A stretch of 39,177 nt of DNA from a virus (taxonomy: Duplodnaviria; Caudoviricetes), in the IMG/VR virus record IMGVR_UViG_3300027975_000007, positions 1 through 39,177 of that record, one strand, 5' to 3'. The notes under the pieces were generated by a model that worked only from the letters and a program-made list of their open reading frames with translations, was not told the DNA's origin and did no database searches. Below are positions 24,368-33,082 of this stretch, in pieces; positions within the stretch are counted from its first letter, which is position 1; each line of letters starts with the position of its first letter. The position numbers and the translations under genes are program-made.

Positions 24368-25327
24368 ATGGCATTTCCAAATGTGAGCGATATCATCGCC
24401 ACGACCATCGAGAATCGGTCGCGGCGCATCGCCGACAACGTCACTAAGAACAACGCTCTGCTCAAGAAGCTCGAGCAGCGCGGCAACATCCGCACCGTCT
24501 CCGGCGGACGCCTGATCTACGAGGAGCTGTCGTTCGCTGAGAACGGCAACGCCGGATGGTACTCGGGCTATGACCTGCTGCCGGTCGCGGCGCAGGACGT
24601 CCTGTCGGCTGCTCAGTACGACTTCAAGCAGGCTGCCTGCCCGGTCACGATCTCCGGCCTGGAGCAGCTCCAGAACTCCGGTAAGGAAGCGTTCATCGAC
24701 CTGCTGGAGCAGCGCATCAACGTGGCCGAGTCCACGATGGCGAACCTGATCTGCGGCGGCCTCTACTCTGACGGCACCGGCTCGGGCGGCAAGGAAATCA
24801 CCGGCCTGAATGCGGCGGTTCCCCTGGACCCGACGGCTGTGGCGACCTACGGTGGCATCGCGCAGGCGACGTGGACGTTCTGGCAGTCGAAGATCAAGAA
24901 CGTGGGCAACACCACGACCCTTGCGGCGGACATGAACGCTCTGTGGTCGACTCTGGTGCGCGGCACGGAGCGCCCGGACCTCATCGTCTGCGATAGCGTG
25001 GTCTGGCTGGCCTACCTCGCTTCCCTCCAGGCGAACCAGCGGTTCACGAGTGCTGATACGGGTGGCCTCGGCTTCCCGTCCATCAAGTACATGGACTGCG
25101 ACGTGGTTCTGGACGGTGGCATCGGCGGGTTCTGCCCGCAGGGAACGGCGTTCTTCCTGAATACCAAGTACCTCCACTATCGTCCGCACCGTGACCGCAA
25201 CATGGTCTCGCTGTCGCCGAACAAGCGGTATGCGATCAACCAGGACGCGGAAGTGCAGATCCTGGCATGGGCTGGCAACCTGACCACGTCGGGTCGGCAG
25301 TTCCAGGGCCGTCTGGACGTCAACTGA
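24368..25327 (+). CDS. major capsid protein (HK97 fold)
   Basis: 319 aa after the scaffold; strongly biased codons; IADNV..NNALL, ITGL, YGGI, PDLI, FLNTKYL motifs. Confidence 0.9.
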   Translation: MAFPNVSDIIATTIENRSRRIADNVTKNNALLKKLEQRGNIRTVSGGRLIYEELSFAENGNAGWYSGYDLLPVAAQDVLSAAQYDFKQAACPVTISGLEQLQNSGKEAFIDLLEQRINVAESTMANLICGGLYSDGTGSGGKEITGLNAAVPLDPTAVATYGGIAQATWTFWQSKIKNVGNTTTLAADMNALWSTLVRGTERPDLIVCDSVVWLAYLASLQANQRFTSADTGGLGFPSIKYMDCDVVLDGGIGGFCPQGTAFFLNTKYLHYRPHRDRNMVSLSPNKRYAINQDAEVQILAWAGNLTTSGRQFQGRLDVN

Positions 25328-25334
25328 TAGGGTC

Positions 25335-25355
25335 GGGGCGGTTGCGAGCCGCCCC
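25335..25355 (+). terminator. GC-rich hairpin after the MCP (attenuator or mRNA stabiliser)
   Basis: GGGGCGGT-TGCGA-GCCGCCCC; only a weak U-tract. Confidence 0.45.
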
Positions 25356-25372
25356 ACTCTTAGGAGAACCCT

Positions 25373-25861
25373 ATGCCTTTTCAGTTCAAGAATACTCCGT
25401 ACATCGTGCCTCAGGCCATCGAGGTCAACAGCACGGTTCAGCTCATGCCTCTCGGTTCGCGGGTTCAGGCAACTGACCCCACTTACGGCGAGGGTGAGTT
25501 CATCTACCTCAAGGGCGTCGTCAGCACCGTCGTCGGTTCGCTGGTGGTGTTCAACCAGGACGATCACTCCACGGCTCTGTTTGCGGCCAACTCGATCGGC
25601 CCGGTGGCAATCGCCATGTCGGCATGCGTCGCCAATCAGTTCGGTTGGTACCAGATCTACGGCAAGGCGGTTGCGAAGGCGGGTACGGTCGTTGACAACG
25701 CGCTGGTCTACGGAGCGGCGAGTGGAACGGTCGACGATGCCGTCGTAGCGGGTGATCGCGTGAAGAACGCGAAGTTCGCTTCGGCGGACGGTACTCCTGC
25801 GGCTGGCTTTGCCGAAGTGGAGATCATGTACCCGTTCGTGGATGACGCCTCGGCGGCGTAA
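25373..25861 (+). CDS. capsid decoration/cement protein
   Basis: Directly after the MCP; LG.......GEFIY..., AIAM....QFGWYQIYG; high-expression codons. Confidence 0.7.
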   Translation: MPFQFKNTPYIVPQAIEVNSTVQLMPLGSRVQATDPTYGEGEFIYLKGVVSTVVGSLVVFNQDDHSTALFAANSIGPVAIAMSACVANQFGWYQIYGKAVAKAGTVVDNALVYGAASGTVDDAVVAGDRVKNAKFASADGTPAAGFAEVEIMYPFVDDASAA

Positions 25862-25871
25862 GGAGAACTAG

Positions 25872-26024
25872 ATGGCTCGCAAGAAAGTAGTTCACGAAGA
25901 GCACGAGGAAGAGGAGATCGAGGATGGCCTGCAAGAAGCCCCCGAAGAGACCGAAGCCGAGAAAGTAGTCGAGGAACCAGCGGTGGTCTATCCTCTCGGT
26001 AAGGGATCTACTCCCTCGCAGTGA
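25872..26024 (+). CDS. small acidic protein (50 aa, not in the ORF track)
   Basis: AAGGAG RBS; MARKKVVHEEHEEEEIED...PSQ; TGATG coupling to the next ORF. Confidence 0.6.
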   Translation: MARKKVVHEEHEEEEIEDGLQEAPEETEAEKVVEEPAVVYPLGKGSTPSQ

Positions 26025-26161
26025 TGGGCTACGTCAGGCACACCTACGATTCTCCTTCTCCTAACGAAGAGCATGAAGTCGTTATCGAGGAGGAGGATGT
26101 GGTGGGCCTGAAGGAAGCCAAAGAAGACACTGAGGCATTGAACGTCTTTCTGCAGTTATGA
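26024..26161 (+). CDS. small acidic protein (45 aa, not in the ORF track)
   Basis: MGYVRHTYDSPS...NVFLQL; coupled at both ends (TGATG, ATGA). Confidence 0.5.
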   Translation: MGYVRHTYDSPSPNEEHEVVIEEEDVVGLKEAKEDTEALNVFLQL

Positions 26162-26478
26162 GCGTTCACGCCTTTGTGTCTCTGTCTCCCAGCTCAGGAC
26201 AGCTAACCAATCTGTACACTGTCCCGGCTGCGAAGAGAGCTACGCTTCGTGTCATCTGCTCTAACCGTTCGGCTGACGCCACGGCTGTCAAAGTCAGCAT
26301 CGCCCCCGGTGGCGCTGCTGACGACGTTAGTCAGTACGTCATCTATAACGTCCCCCTTCCCGGCAACGACTCCACAGCCACGGCACCCCTGATGGTCGCG
26401 GCGGGGGCCGTTGTCCGGGTTTCTTCTTCCAATGGTCTTGTCAACTTTCACTGTACTGGACTCGTCCAGGACGCATGA
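26158..26478 (+). CDS. putative virion beta-sandwich protein
   Basis: LYTVPA...ICSN...Y...LP.N pattern typical of small phage structural proteins. Confidence 0.6.
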   Translation: MSVHAFVSLSPSSGQLTNLYTVPAAKRATLRVICSNRSADATAVKVSIAPGGAADDVSQYVIYNVPLPGNDSTATAPLMVAAGAVVRVSSSNGLVNFHCTGLVQDA

Positions 26479-26489
26479 GGTAAACGAAA

Positions 26490-26894
26490 ATGGCTCTTAA
26501 CGTTCCAACGATTGGCGCACAGACGTTGCTTCGTCGCGCTCTGGGTGATGTGGCGACTGGCAACCTGCTCCTCAAACTCTACACCAACGACGTCACCCCC
26601 GCCGAGGGCGACACCGTCGCAACGTACACTGTCGCCTCTGGCAACGGATACGCCGATAAGACGCTTACGGACGGCTCGTGGACTGTCACGAATGCCGACC
26701 CGGCAGTGGCGACATACGACTCGGGTGCTCAGGTTTTCACGTTCACGGGTGCTCTGGGCAACGTCTATGGCTACTACATCACGGATGCGGCAGGCACGAC
26801 GCTGATGTGGAGCGAGCGCTTCACCGGCGCTCCGTTCAACGTGCAGAATAACGGTGACACCATCACCGTGACCCTCCAGTTGACGCTTGACTAA
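26490..26894 (+). CDS. putative fibre-associated/adaptor virion protein
   Basis: L.LY.ND.TP...GY.....W......F......VYGYY pattern; resembles 38289..38714. Confidence 0.65.
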   Translation: MALNVPTIGAQTLLRRALGDVATGNLLLKLYTNDVTPAEGDTVATYTVASGNGYADKTLTDGSWTVTNADPAVATYDSGAQVFTFTGALGNVYGYYITDAAGTTLMWSERFTGAPFNVQNNGDTITVTLQLTLD

Positions 26895-26923
26895 GGGGAA
26901 GGGGGCTTCGGCCCCCTAGCCTC

Positions 26924-29254
26924 ATGGCTCTGCAATACGTCGGCGGAGTAGCCAGCGGTCGGGTTGGCTCTGTTGCGACTGGCTCGCAGTCTCTGTCAGG
27001 GACGCTGACGGGTGGTCTTGCTTCGTCTCCAGCCGAGGGCGATCTTGTATTCATCAAGGTCGCTGCTGCCTCTGGGTCGAGCTACGCACCGACAACGCTG
27101 GCGATTTCCGGCTGGACGAATGGTACGTTTCGGTCTAATACGGGTGTAGCGAACTACTCGTATCAGCAGTACTCGTACAAGTTCATGACGTCGACGCCTG
27201 ACACGTCGATCACTATTCCGTCGTCAGGTAATGCTCGCAACGCGCAGAGATGGGAAGTCCACGTTTTTCGTGGAGTTGACCCCAGCGTTCCGTTAGATGT
27301 AACGACCGTCTTTGCCAGTGGTACGGCTTCTGGTCGTCCGAACCCCGGAGCGATTACTCCGACAACTGCTGGCGCGTGGATTTTGTGGCTCGGTTCGTCT
27401 GCTGCCGGTACTGGAACTGCATTCACGGCCCCCACAGACTTCTCAGAAGATTGGCTCGGCGGCACTACCGCTGATACCTACGACTCCATGTCCGGCTCCG
27501 GCTACTACACCGGATGGAGCTCTGGACAATATGACCCCGCTGCCATCACAGCAGGTGGAACGACTGGCGCTACTGATTCGTGGGTCGCAGAGACAGTTGT
27601 CCTGCGCCCACAGTCAATCAACGAATTCTCGCACACGGCTTCCGGCGGTGGTACGACAGGTGGCGAGGCGACGGCGTCTAAAGCTGCTGCGTTCACTCAT
27701 TCTGCCTCTGGCGGCATGGCATCGTCTGGCGAAGCTACCGTCAGTAGAACGATAGCATTTACTCACTCAGCCTCTTCTGGTGGTCTGCTCTCCGGCATAG
27801 CGACTCTGGCTCGCACTGTCGCATTTGCATTCCTTTCTACTGGTGGGATGCTCGCGGCTGGCGCGGCGACGACCGAATACGACAGTTCTCTCAACTCCTA
27901 CTCGCACACGGCGACAGGTGGTGCGACTTCTGGCGGGGCTGCGACCTGCTCGTACTATGCAGACTCCACCCTTACTCCGTCTGCGACATATTTCGATAAT
28001 CTGACGTACAACGCGAATGTAACGATATTTGATGGTCTGGGCGTAGATCTTTCGGCATTCTCTCATTCGGCGTCTGGTGGCGCAGTTTTGTCTGGAGCGG
28101 CTACCGCTCAGCTAGATGCTGGCGGTACTGACTATCCGCACTCGGCCTCTGGTGGTGGCACGACCAGCGGCGCAGCGACGGTAATCCGCGGTCAGACACA
28201 CTCAGCCTCTGACGGAGCAACGACTGGCGGTGCGGCGACTGTAGCTCGCACGATAGCGTTCGCGTACTCAGCCTCTGGCGGGGCGGCGCTCAACGGTGCG
28301 GCGACTGTCTCGTTCCTAGATCTTGTGGCGTATGCTCACTCCGCCACAGGGGGAGCCTCTACGGGCGGCGCAGCGACGGTAATCCGTGGGCTGTCCCAGA
28401 CTGCGACTGGTGGCGCTGCGACTGGTGGCGCTGCGACTCTAGCATTCACCCATGCTTGGGATCGTACAGCCTCTGGCGGGGCGCTCACTGGTGGTCAAGC
28501 GAGTGCCAGCTATCAGGCCGCCGGAACGAACGAGTTTACTCACTCCGCAAGCGGGGGCGCGGCGACTAGTGGCGCGGCGACCGTAGCCAGGACCACAGCA
28601 AAAAGTCACTCAGCCTCGGGCGGTGCGTCTACAGGTGGGGCAGCCACCCGTTCCTGGACTCACTCGTGGGCTGGGACTGCCACTGGCGGAGCCGTGCTCT
28701 CCGGTGCGGCGACTACGTCGTTCCTCGACACGACTGCCTACGCTCATACGTCGACAGGCGGCGCGGCGACGGGCGGAACGTCTACTGTCAGCCGCAACTG
28801 GTCGCGTACAGCGTCCGGCGGTGGAGCGCTCAGTGGCGCGGCCTCCACCAGCTTCAACGTCGGCGGTGTAGATCACCCGCATACAGCGTCTGGTGGGGCC
28901 TCCACTGGTGGCGCGGCGACGGCGTTCAAGAACAAGAGTTATGCAGCGTCTGGTGGTGGAACTCTTGCTGGCGCAGCGACGGTCCAATTCTTAGATGTCG
29001 TGGCGTATGGACATACAGCGTCCGGCGGAGCGTCGACAGGTGGTGCAGCGACCGTTGCAATCGCTCGGGCGTTTGCTTATACTGCGACTGGCGGACTGAC
29101 GTCCGGTGGCTCAGCAACTCGCAGCCACACGATCATCGTGCAAGCGTCTGGTGGAGTCTCTACCGATGGTACTGGCGATGGCTACTTCACACCCATCCCG
29201 GAAACGGGAACGGGCGGACGCCTACGACGATTCATCCAACCTTTCTGTTCATAG
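26924..29254 (+). CDS. Ala/Gly/Thr/Ser-rich repeat fibre-like virion protein
   Basis: ~230-aa N-terminal domain followed by about 22 imperfect H[ST]A[ST]GGxxxxGAAT units. Confidence 0.75.
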   Translation: MALQYVGGVASGRVGSVATGSQSLSGTLTGGLASSPAEGDLVFIKVAAASGSSYAPTTLAISGWTNGTFRSNTGVANYSYQQYSYKFMTSTPDTSITIPSSGNARNAQRWEVHVFRGVDPSVPLDVTTVFASGTASGRPNPGAITPTTAGAWILWLGSSAAGTGTAFTAPTDFSEDWLGGTTADTYDSMSGSGYYTGWSSGQYDPAAITAGGTTGATDSWVAETVVLRPQSINEFSHTASGGGTTGGEATASKAAAFTHSASGGMASSGEATVSRTIAFTHSASSGGLLSGIATLARTVAFAFLSTGGMLAAGAATTEYDSSLNSYSHTATGGATSGGAATCSYYADSTLTPSATYFDNLTYNANVTIFDGLGVDLSAFSHSASGGAVLSGAATAQLDAGGTDYPHSASGGGTTSGAATVIRGQTHSASDGATTGGAATVARTIAFAYSASGGAALNGAATVSFLDLVAYAHSATGGASTGGAATVIRGLSQTATGGAATGGAATLAFTHAWDRTASGGALTGGQASASYQAAGTNEFTHSASGGAATSGAATVARTTAKSHSASGGASTGGAATRSWTHSWAGTATGGAVLSGAATTSFLDTTAYAHTSTGGAATGGTSTVSRNWSRTASGGGALSGAASTSFNVGGVDHPHTASGGASTGGAATAFKNKSYAASGGGTLAGAATVQFLDVVAYGHTASGGASTGGAATVAIARAFAYTATGGLTSGGSATRSHTIIVQASGGVSTDGTGDGYFTPIPETGTGGRLRRFIQPFCS

Positions 29255-29263
29255 GAGATAAAC

Positions 29264-29464
29264 ATGGCTGCGACCTTTGCAAGCCCGAAAGAAACCGCTG
29301 TTCCAATCGTGTTCGACAGCGACACGTCTAACAACCCGACTGGCTTCGCTACTCAGGGCATCGGCCTGCGCGGCGCTGACCACGCTTCTTTGGGCGGTAG
29401 TCGCATCGGCGGCTCGCCCGGTACTGACTTCAAGTACGACACAGACCGCGACCCGGCGTCCTAA
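29264..29464 (+). CDS. hypothetical protein
   Basis: AGGAG RBS; biased codons. Confidence 0.6.
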   Translation: MAATFASPKETAVPIVFDSDTSNNPTGFATQGIGLRGADHASLGGSRIGGSPGTDFKYDTDRDPAS

Positions 29465-29487
29465 TCCAATACTATAAGGAGAACGAG

Positions 29488-30009
29488 ATGAGAGCTGAAG
29501 CAGACTTTGACCCGAGGGTGTTCGAGGACCGATACTCGGACGACAAGAAGGTTTGGGTGCGATTTTACCTGAACTCCGTGGAAGACCAAGTTAAGAGCGC
29601 CGAAGCTGGCCGACCGATCTACGTCGAGAAAGAGTACGTGGAGATTCGCAGCCCCGGCAACGACACCAACATCGTCAACCGACCTGTGTCGCAGCACGAC
29701 CGTCAGCGGTTCCCGCGTCACTACGACCTGTTCAAGAAGGGCGTGGAGAACCCGATTATCGGCACCCCGCTGTCGGAGATGGTGTGGGTCAAGCGCACGA
29801 TGGTAGACGAGCTCAAGTATGTGAAGATTATCACAGTTGAGCAGTTGGCCGAGGTTAGTGACGACATCTGTGGTCGTTTCCCCGGCCTCACGGACCTGAA
29901 GCAGAAAGCTCGTGCTTATCTGGATCAGGCGTCCAAGCCCGACGTCGATGAGCTGCTGCGCCGCATTGCCGATCTCGAAGCTAAGTTGGCAGAACCTGAG
30001 GAAGAGTAA
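29488..30009 (+). CDS. conserved hypothetical protein (HhH-like C-terminus)
   Basis: V.FY...GRPIY...I..PG, RFP..Y..F, GTPL, I.TVEQLA..SD. Confidence 0.7.
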   Translation: MRAEADFDPRVFEDRYSDDKKVWVRFYLNSVEDQVKSAEAGRPIYVEKEYVEIRSPGNDTNIVNRPVSQHDRQRFPRHYDLFKKGVENPIIGTPLSEMVWVKRTMVDELKYVKIITVEQLAEVSDDICGRFPGLTDLKQKARAYLDQASKPDVDELLRRIADLEAKLAEPEEE

Positions 30010-30743
30010 TGGCGAACGTAGCCCGATTTGAATCAGCGAGTGAGATCATCAACACTGCCGCAGTTGAAGTCGGGCTGACGGCCAACACCGCTCCGTTCTC
30101 TAGTCCAGACCCGGCGTTTAAGCAGTTGATCAAGCTCCTGACCATTTGTGGTCGGGAGCTTACGCTGATGCCAAAGTGGAACATGGCGGTGCGGGAGGGG
30201 ACAATCACCGTCGTGGCGGGTCAGTCTGAGTATGACCTGCCCGACGACTTTCTCTCTGTGGTGGAGAGCACGGTGTGGAACCGCGGTTCCAACTGGCCCC
30301 TCTACGGATCTGTTACTCCGCAAACTTGGACCCTGTGGGCGCGGGAGAATCCCTCCCTCACGTTCCAGGCCATTTTCCGGTTAGCTCGCCGTAAGTTTGT
30401 TATCCCCGTAGACGCCATTCCCGCCGGAACTGTCCTCGCTTACGAGTATCGCACTCGCGCGTGGGTGTTATCTGGTACGCAAATCGACGTCTATAAGGAC
30501 AAGGTAGACGACCCCGGCGACATCGTGTTGTTTGAGTCTGTACTGGCGTCGCGTATGCTGGTGTTCAAGTTTCTAAGGGCTAAGGGCTTCGACGCCACTG
30601 GCGCGTTCCAGGAGTTCTCCACTATTCTGGACTCTGTCCTTAGTAGCGACCGCCCCTCCGAGACGCTCGATGTAGCGAAGTCGGGCTACGGGCCTCGCCT
30701 CATCGATAATGAGAACCTTCCGGACTCGGGGTTTGGTAGCTGA
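30009..30743 (+). CDS. head-tail adaptor (tail tubular protein A-like)
   Basis: EIIN.A..EVGL, YDLP.DF; position before the nozzle gene. Confidence 0.7.
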   Translation: MANVARFESASEIINTAAVEVGLTANTAPFSSPDPAFKQLIKLLTICGRELTLMPKWNMAVREGTITVVAGQSEYDLPDDFLSVVESTVWNRGSNWPLYGSVTPQTWTLWARENPSLTFQAIFRLARRKFVIPVDAIPAGTVLAYEYRTRAWVLSGTQIDVYKDKVDDPGDIVLFESVLASRMLVFKFLRAKGFDATGAFQEFSTILDSVLSSDRPSETLDVAKSGYGPRLIDNENLPDSGFGS

Positions 30744-32311
30744 TGAAGCAGACGACTACAGGCATACCCTTCCCAGCGCCGACTGGTGGGGTGAATTCGC
30801 TTGACTCGCTGGCAGCGATGTCGGCAAATGACTCTGTTTACTGCATCAACTTGCTGCCAGCGGAGTACGGACTGCGGGTGCGAGAAGGATACGTAGCACA
30901 CTCCGCCCTAATCCCTGACTCCGTGGATGTGCGCACCATCCTAGGCTATCGGGGCACGAAAGACGACGGTAGCAAGAACAAATTCTTCTGCACGACGAAT
31001 AACGGCATCTACGATATCACAGTTCCGGCGACGCCGGTGGAGAAAGTGCAGTTCACCACCACGACTGGAAATGCTGGATGGGGCACGTCTATTGAGTTCG
31101 TAGCCATCGGTGGCTCATATCTCCTTTACGCGGACGAGGTCAATGGTGGCTTCCGTTACGAGGAAGACACGAATACTTGGGCAGCGATACCAGACTTGAC
31201 TCTTGGCGGGTCAGCGTTCAATCCTGACCAAATAGTCAACGTGATGGTGTGGAAGAATCGCATCTGGTTTACTGTCCGCGATAAGGCAGTCGCTTACTAC
31301 CTCCCCATTGGACAGGTTAGCGGAGCCCTTACTGCGTTTGACTTTGGTCCTAAGTTCAGTTACGGCGGCTCCCTCATCGGAGTATGGAGTTGGACCGTAG
31401 AGGGCGGTTCGGGCATCAACGACTACCTCGTGGCCCTTAGCCGAGGCGGCGACGCACTGGTGTATCAGGGAACTGATCCCAGCAACGCGGCAGCTTTCGG
31501 CATGAAGGGGTCGTGGTATATCGGCTCAACTCCGGCTGGCCGAAATTTTGTCACTAACTTCGGTGGAGACTTGCTGGTCTTAACCGAGGCTGGCCTTCTT
31601 CGCATGTCTAAAGTGATCAGCGGCATCGGAGCGGAGAGCAACGAGGCATACCTCTCCAGAAAGCTCTATCGCTTCATACGCGAAGAGATGGCAGAGAGCA
31701 AGTCTAAGCTCGGTTGGAATATCGTGCAGCATCCACGCCTCGGCTACCTGATGATCTGCGTACCTCCGAAAAATGGTTCTTCTAACGTGCAGTTCGTTAT
31801 GTCTGGAACTACGGGAGCGTGGACGATCTATAAGGGTGTGCCGATGAATTGCGTCGGCGAGCATCTTGGGGAGCTGTACTTCGGCACTAAGTTCGACGAT
31901 GGCCGCTCAGTATTCAAGATGACTGGTAATGTCGACGCGGCATTGCCAATCGTCTGGTCTTTGCTGACTAGCTATCAGGGGCTGCAGGACCCAACTAAGT
32001 TCAAGCGAGTGCAGTTCATTCGACCAATCTTCATCGGGGCTCTTATCCCGGTGTACGACATCCAGGCTCGCTACGACTTTGACATAACCTCTATCATTGG
32101 GTCCCCTACACTGCAAGACGCAGGACTTGGGATTTGGGACGCAGGCCAGTGGGACTCAGCTCTATGGGGTGGTGAATGGATAACAGAATCAAAAGCCTAT
32201 GGAGGCGCTGGACTTGGGCGCTATATCGCCGTCGCGCTGCGTGGGAGCTCCGTAGTACCCACAACCCTGATAAGTATGGATCTTATGGTGGACGTGGGAG
32301 GTATGCTATGA
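30743..32311 (+). CDS. tail nozzle / head-closure protein (P22 gp10 / tubular B-like beta-propeller)
   Basis: 522 aa, beta-rich; PAP.GG.N start; KNRIWF; YQGTDP; WD...WD...W. Confidence 0.75.
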   Translation: MKQTTTGIPFPAPTGGVNSLDSLAAMSANDSVYCINLLPAEYGLRVREGYVAHSALIPDSVDVRTILGYRGTKDDGSKNKFFCTTNNGIYDITVPATPVEKVQFTTTTGNAGWGTSIEFVAIGGSYLLYADEVNGGFRYEEDTNTWAAIPDLTLGGSAFNPDQIVNVMVWKNRIWFTVRDKAVAYYLPIGQVSGALTAFDFGPKFSYGGSLIGVWSWTVEGGSGINDYLVALSRGGDALVYQGTDPSNAAAFGMKGSWYIGSTPAGRNFVTNFGGDLLVLTEAGLLRMSKVISGIGAESNEAYLSRKLYRFIREEMAESKSKLGWNIVQHPRLGYLMICVPPKNGSSNVQFVMSGTTGAWTIYKGVPMNCVGEHLGELYFGTKFDDGRSVFKMTGNVDAALPIVWSLLTSYQGLQDPTKFKRVQFIRPIFIGALIPVYDIQARYDFDITSIIGSPTLQDAGLGIWDAGQWDSALWGGEWITESKAYGGAGLGRYIAVALRGSSVVPTTLISMDLMVDVGGML

Positions 32312-32703
32312 ACCTCCATGCCAGCACCCCGGAAGAGATTGCCGAGTGTTCTCTACGCCTCAGCTACGTTCCCTCCCTTAATGTCGGGGGAATCACCTGT
32401 CGCGACTATGAGGGAAATCACCTCGCCACGCTTTTGTTTGACTACTGGACGGTCAACGCAGCACAGATTCACATGTGGATTGAACATCCCCGAGCGCTTG
32501 AACACAACTTCCTCCCTAACGAGGCGTGGAAGTATCTCAGGTCTCATAACAGAATGCTTGCATTGGGTGTAACGCCGGGGGATAATGTAGCCAGCCTCAA
32601 GCTCCAGCACGCCCTCGGCTTCGTAGAAAAATATAGAATCGTTGACGGGTGGGCGAAGGGAGTTGACATGGTGATCTCCGAGAAGAGGTTAGACGATGAG
32701 TAG
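32308..32703 (+). CDS. GNAT-like acetyltransferase (virion assembly)
   Basis: ATG at 32308 after GGAGG; TP.DN.ASLKL...LGF motif; position analogous to T7 gp13 / P22 gp14. Confidence 0.7.
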   Translation: MNLHASTPEEIAECSLRLSYVPSLNVGGITCRDYEGNHLATLLFDYWTVNAAQIHMWIEHPRALEHNFLPNEAWKYLRSHNRMLALGVTPGDNVASLKLQHALGFVEKYRIVDGWAKGVDMVISEKRLDDE

Positions 32704-33082
32704 AACTGCCGCTCCTCCGCAGAACTTCGGCAATACGTTTAATGCGGCGCAGAATGTCGTGTCTGGGCCAGTCCAGTCTGGGCCGACTCGGCAGTATACT
32801 CCGAATCCATTTGCTGCTCAGGCTACGCCTCCGGCGCATAATCTCGGACCGGGAATGAACGCTACTCCGACGTACACTCGGGGCGGTTTCTCTATGCCTG
32901 TCAACGATCAGTCGCAGTGGAACCGACTACGCGGCATGGACGATAAATCGTTGAATCGTCTACAGTCTGTTTCTGCATTGTTGACGCATATGCGCAGACC
33001 CCGAGGCGTCACCACGGCCCCGACTCAAAATCAAGCAATGATGTCTCAGGCATTGCGTCAGCCGAGGGGTAGGGCACGATGA
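32696..33082 (+). CDS. low-complexity hypothetical virion protein
   Basis: GAGG RBS; coupled to both neighbours. Confidence 0.55.
   Translation: MSRTAAPPQNFGNTFNAAQNVVSGPVQSGPTRQYTPNPFAAQATPPAHNLGPGMNATPTYTRGGFSMPVNDQSQWNRLRGMDDKSLNRLQSVSALLTHMRRPRGVTTAPTQNQAMMSQALRQPRGRAR

Noticed and set aside
24203-25567. 454-aa antisense ORF over the capsid gene (also 5703..6659, 22110..22748, 17048..17707, 37896..38630)
   Set aside because: Shadow ORFs caused by codon bias on the coding strand; no motifs or RBS.
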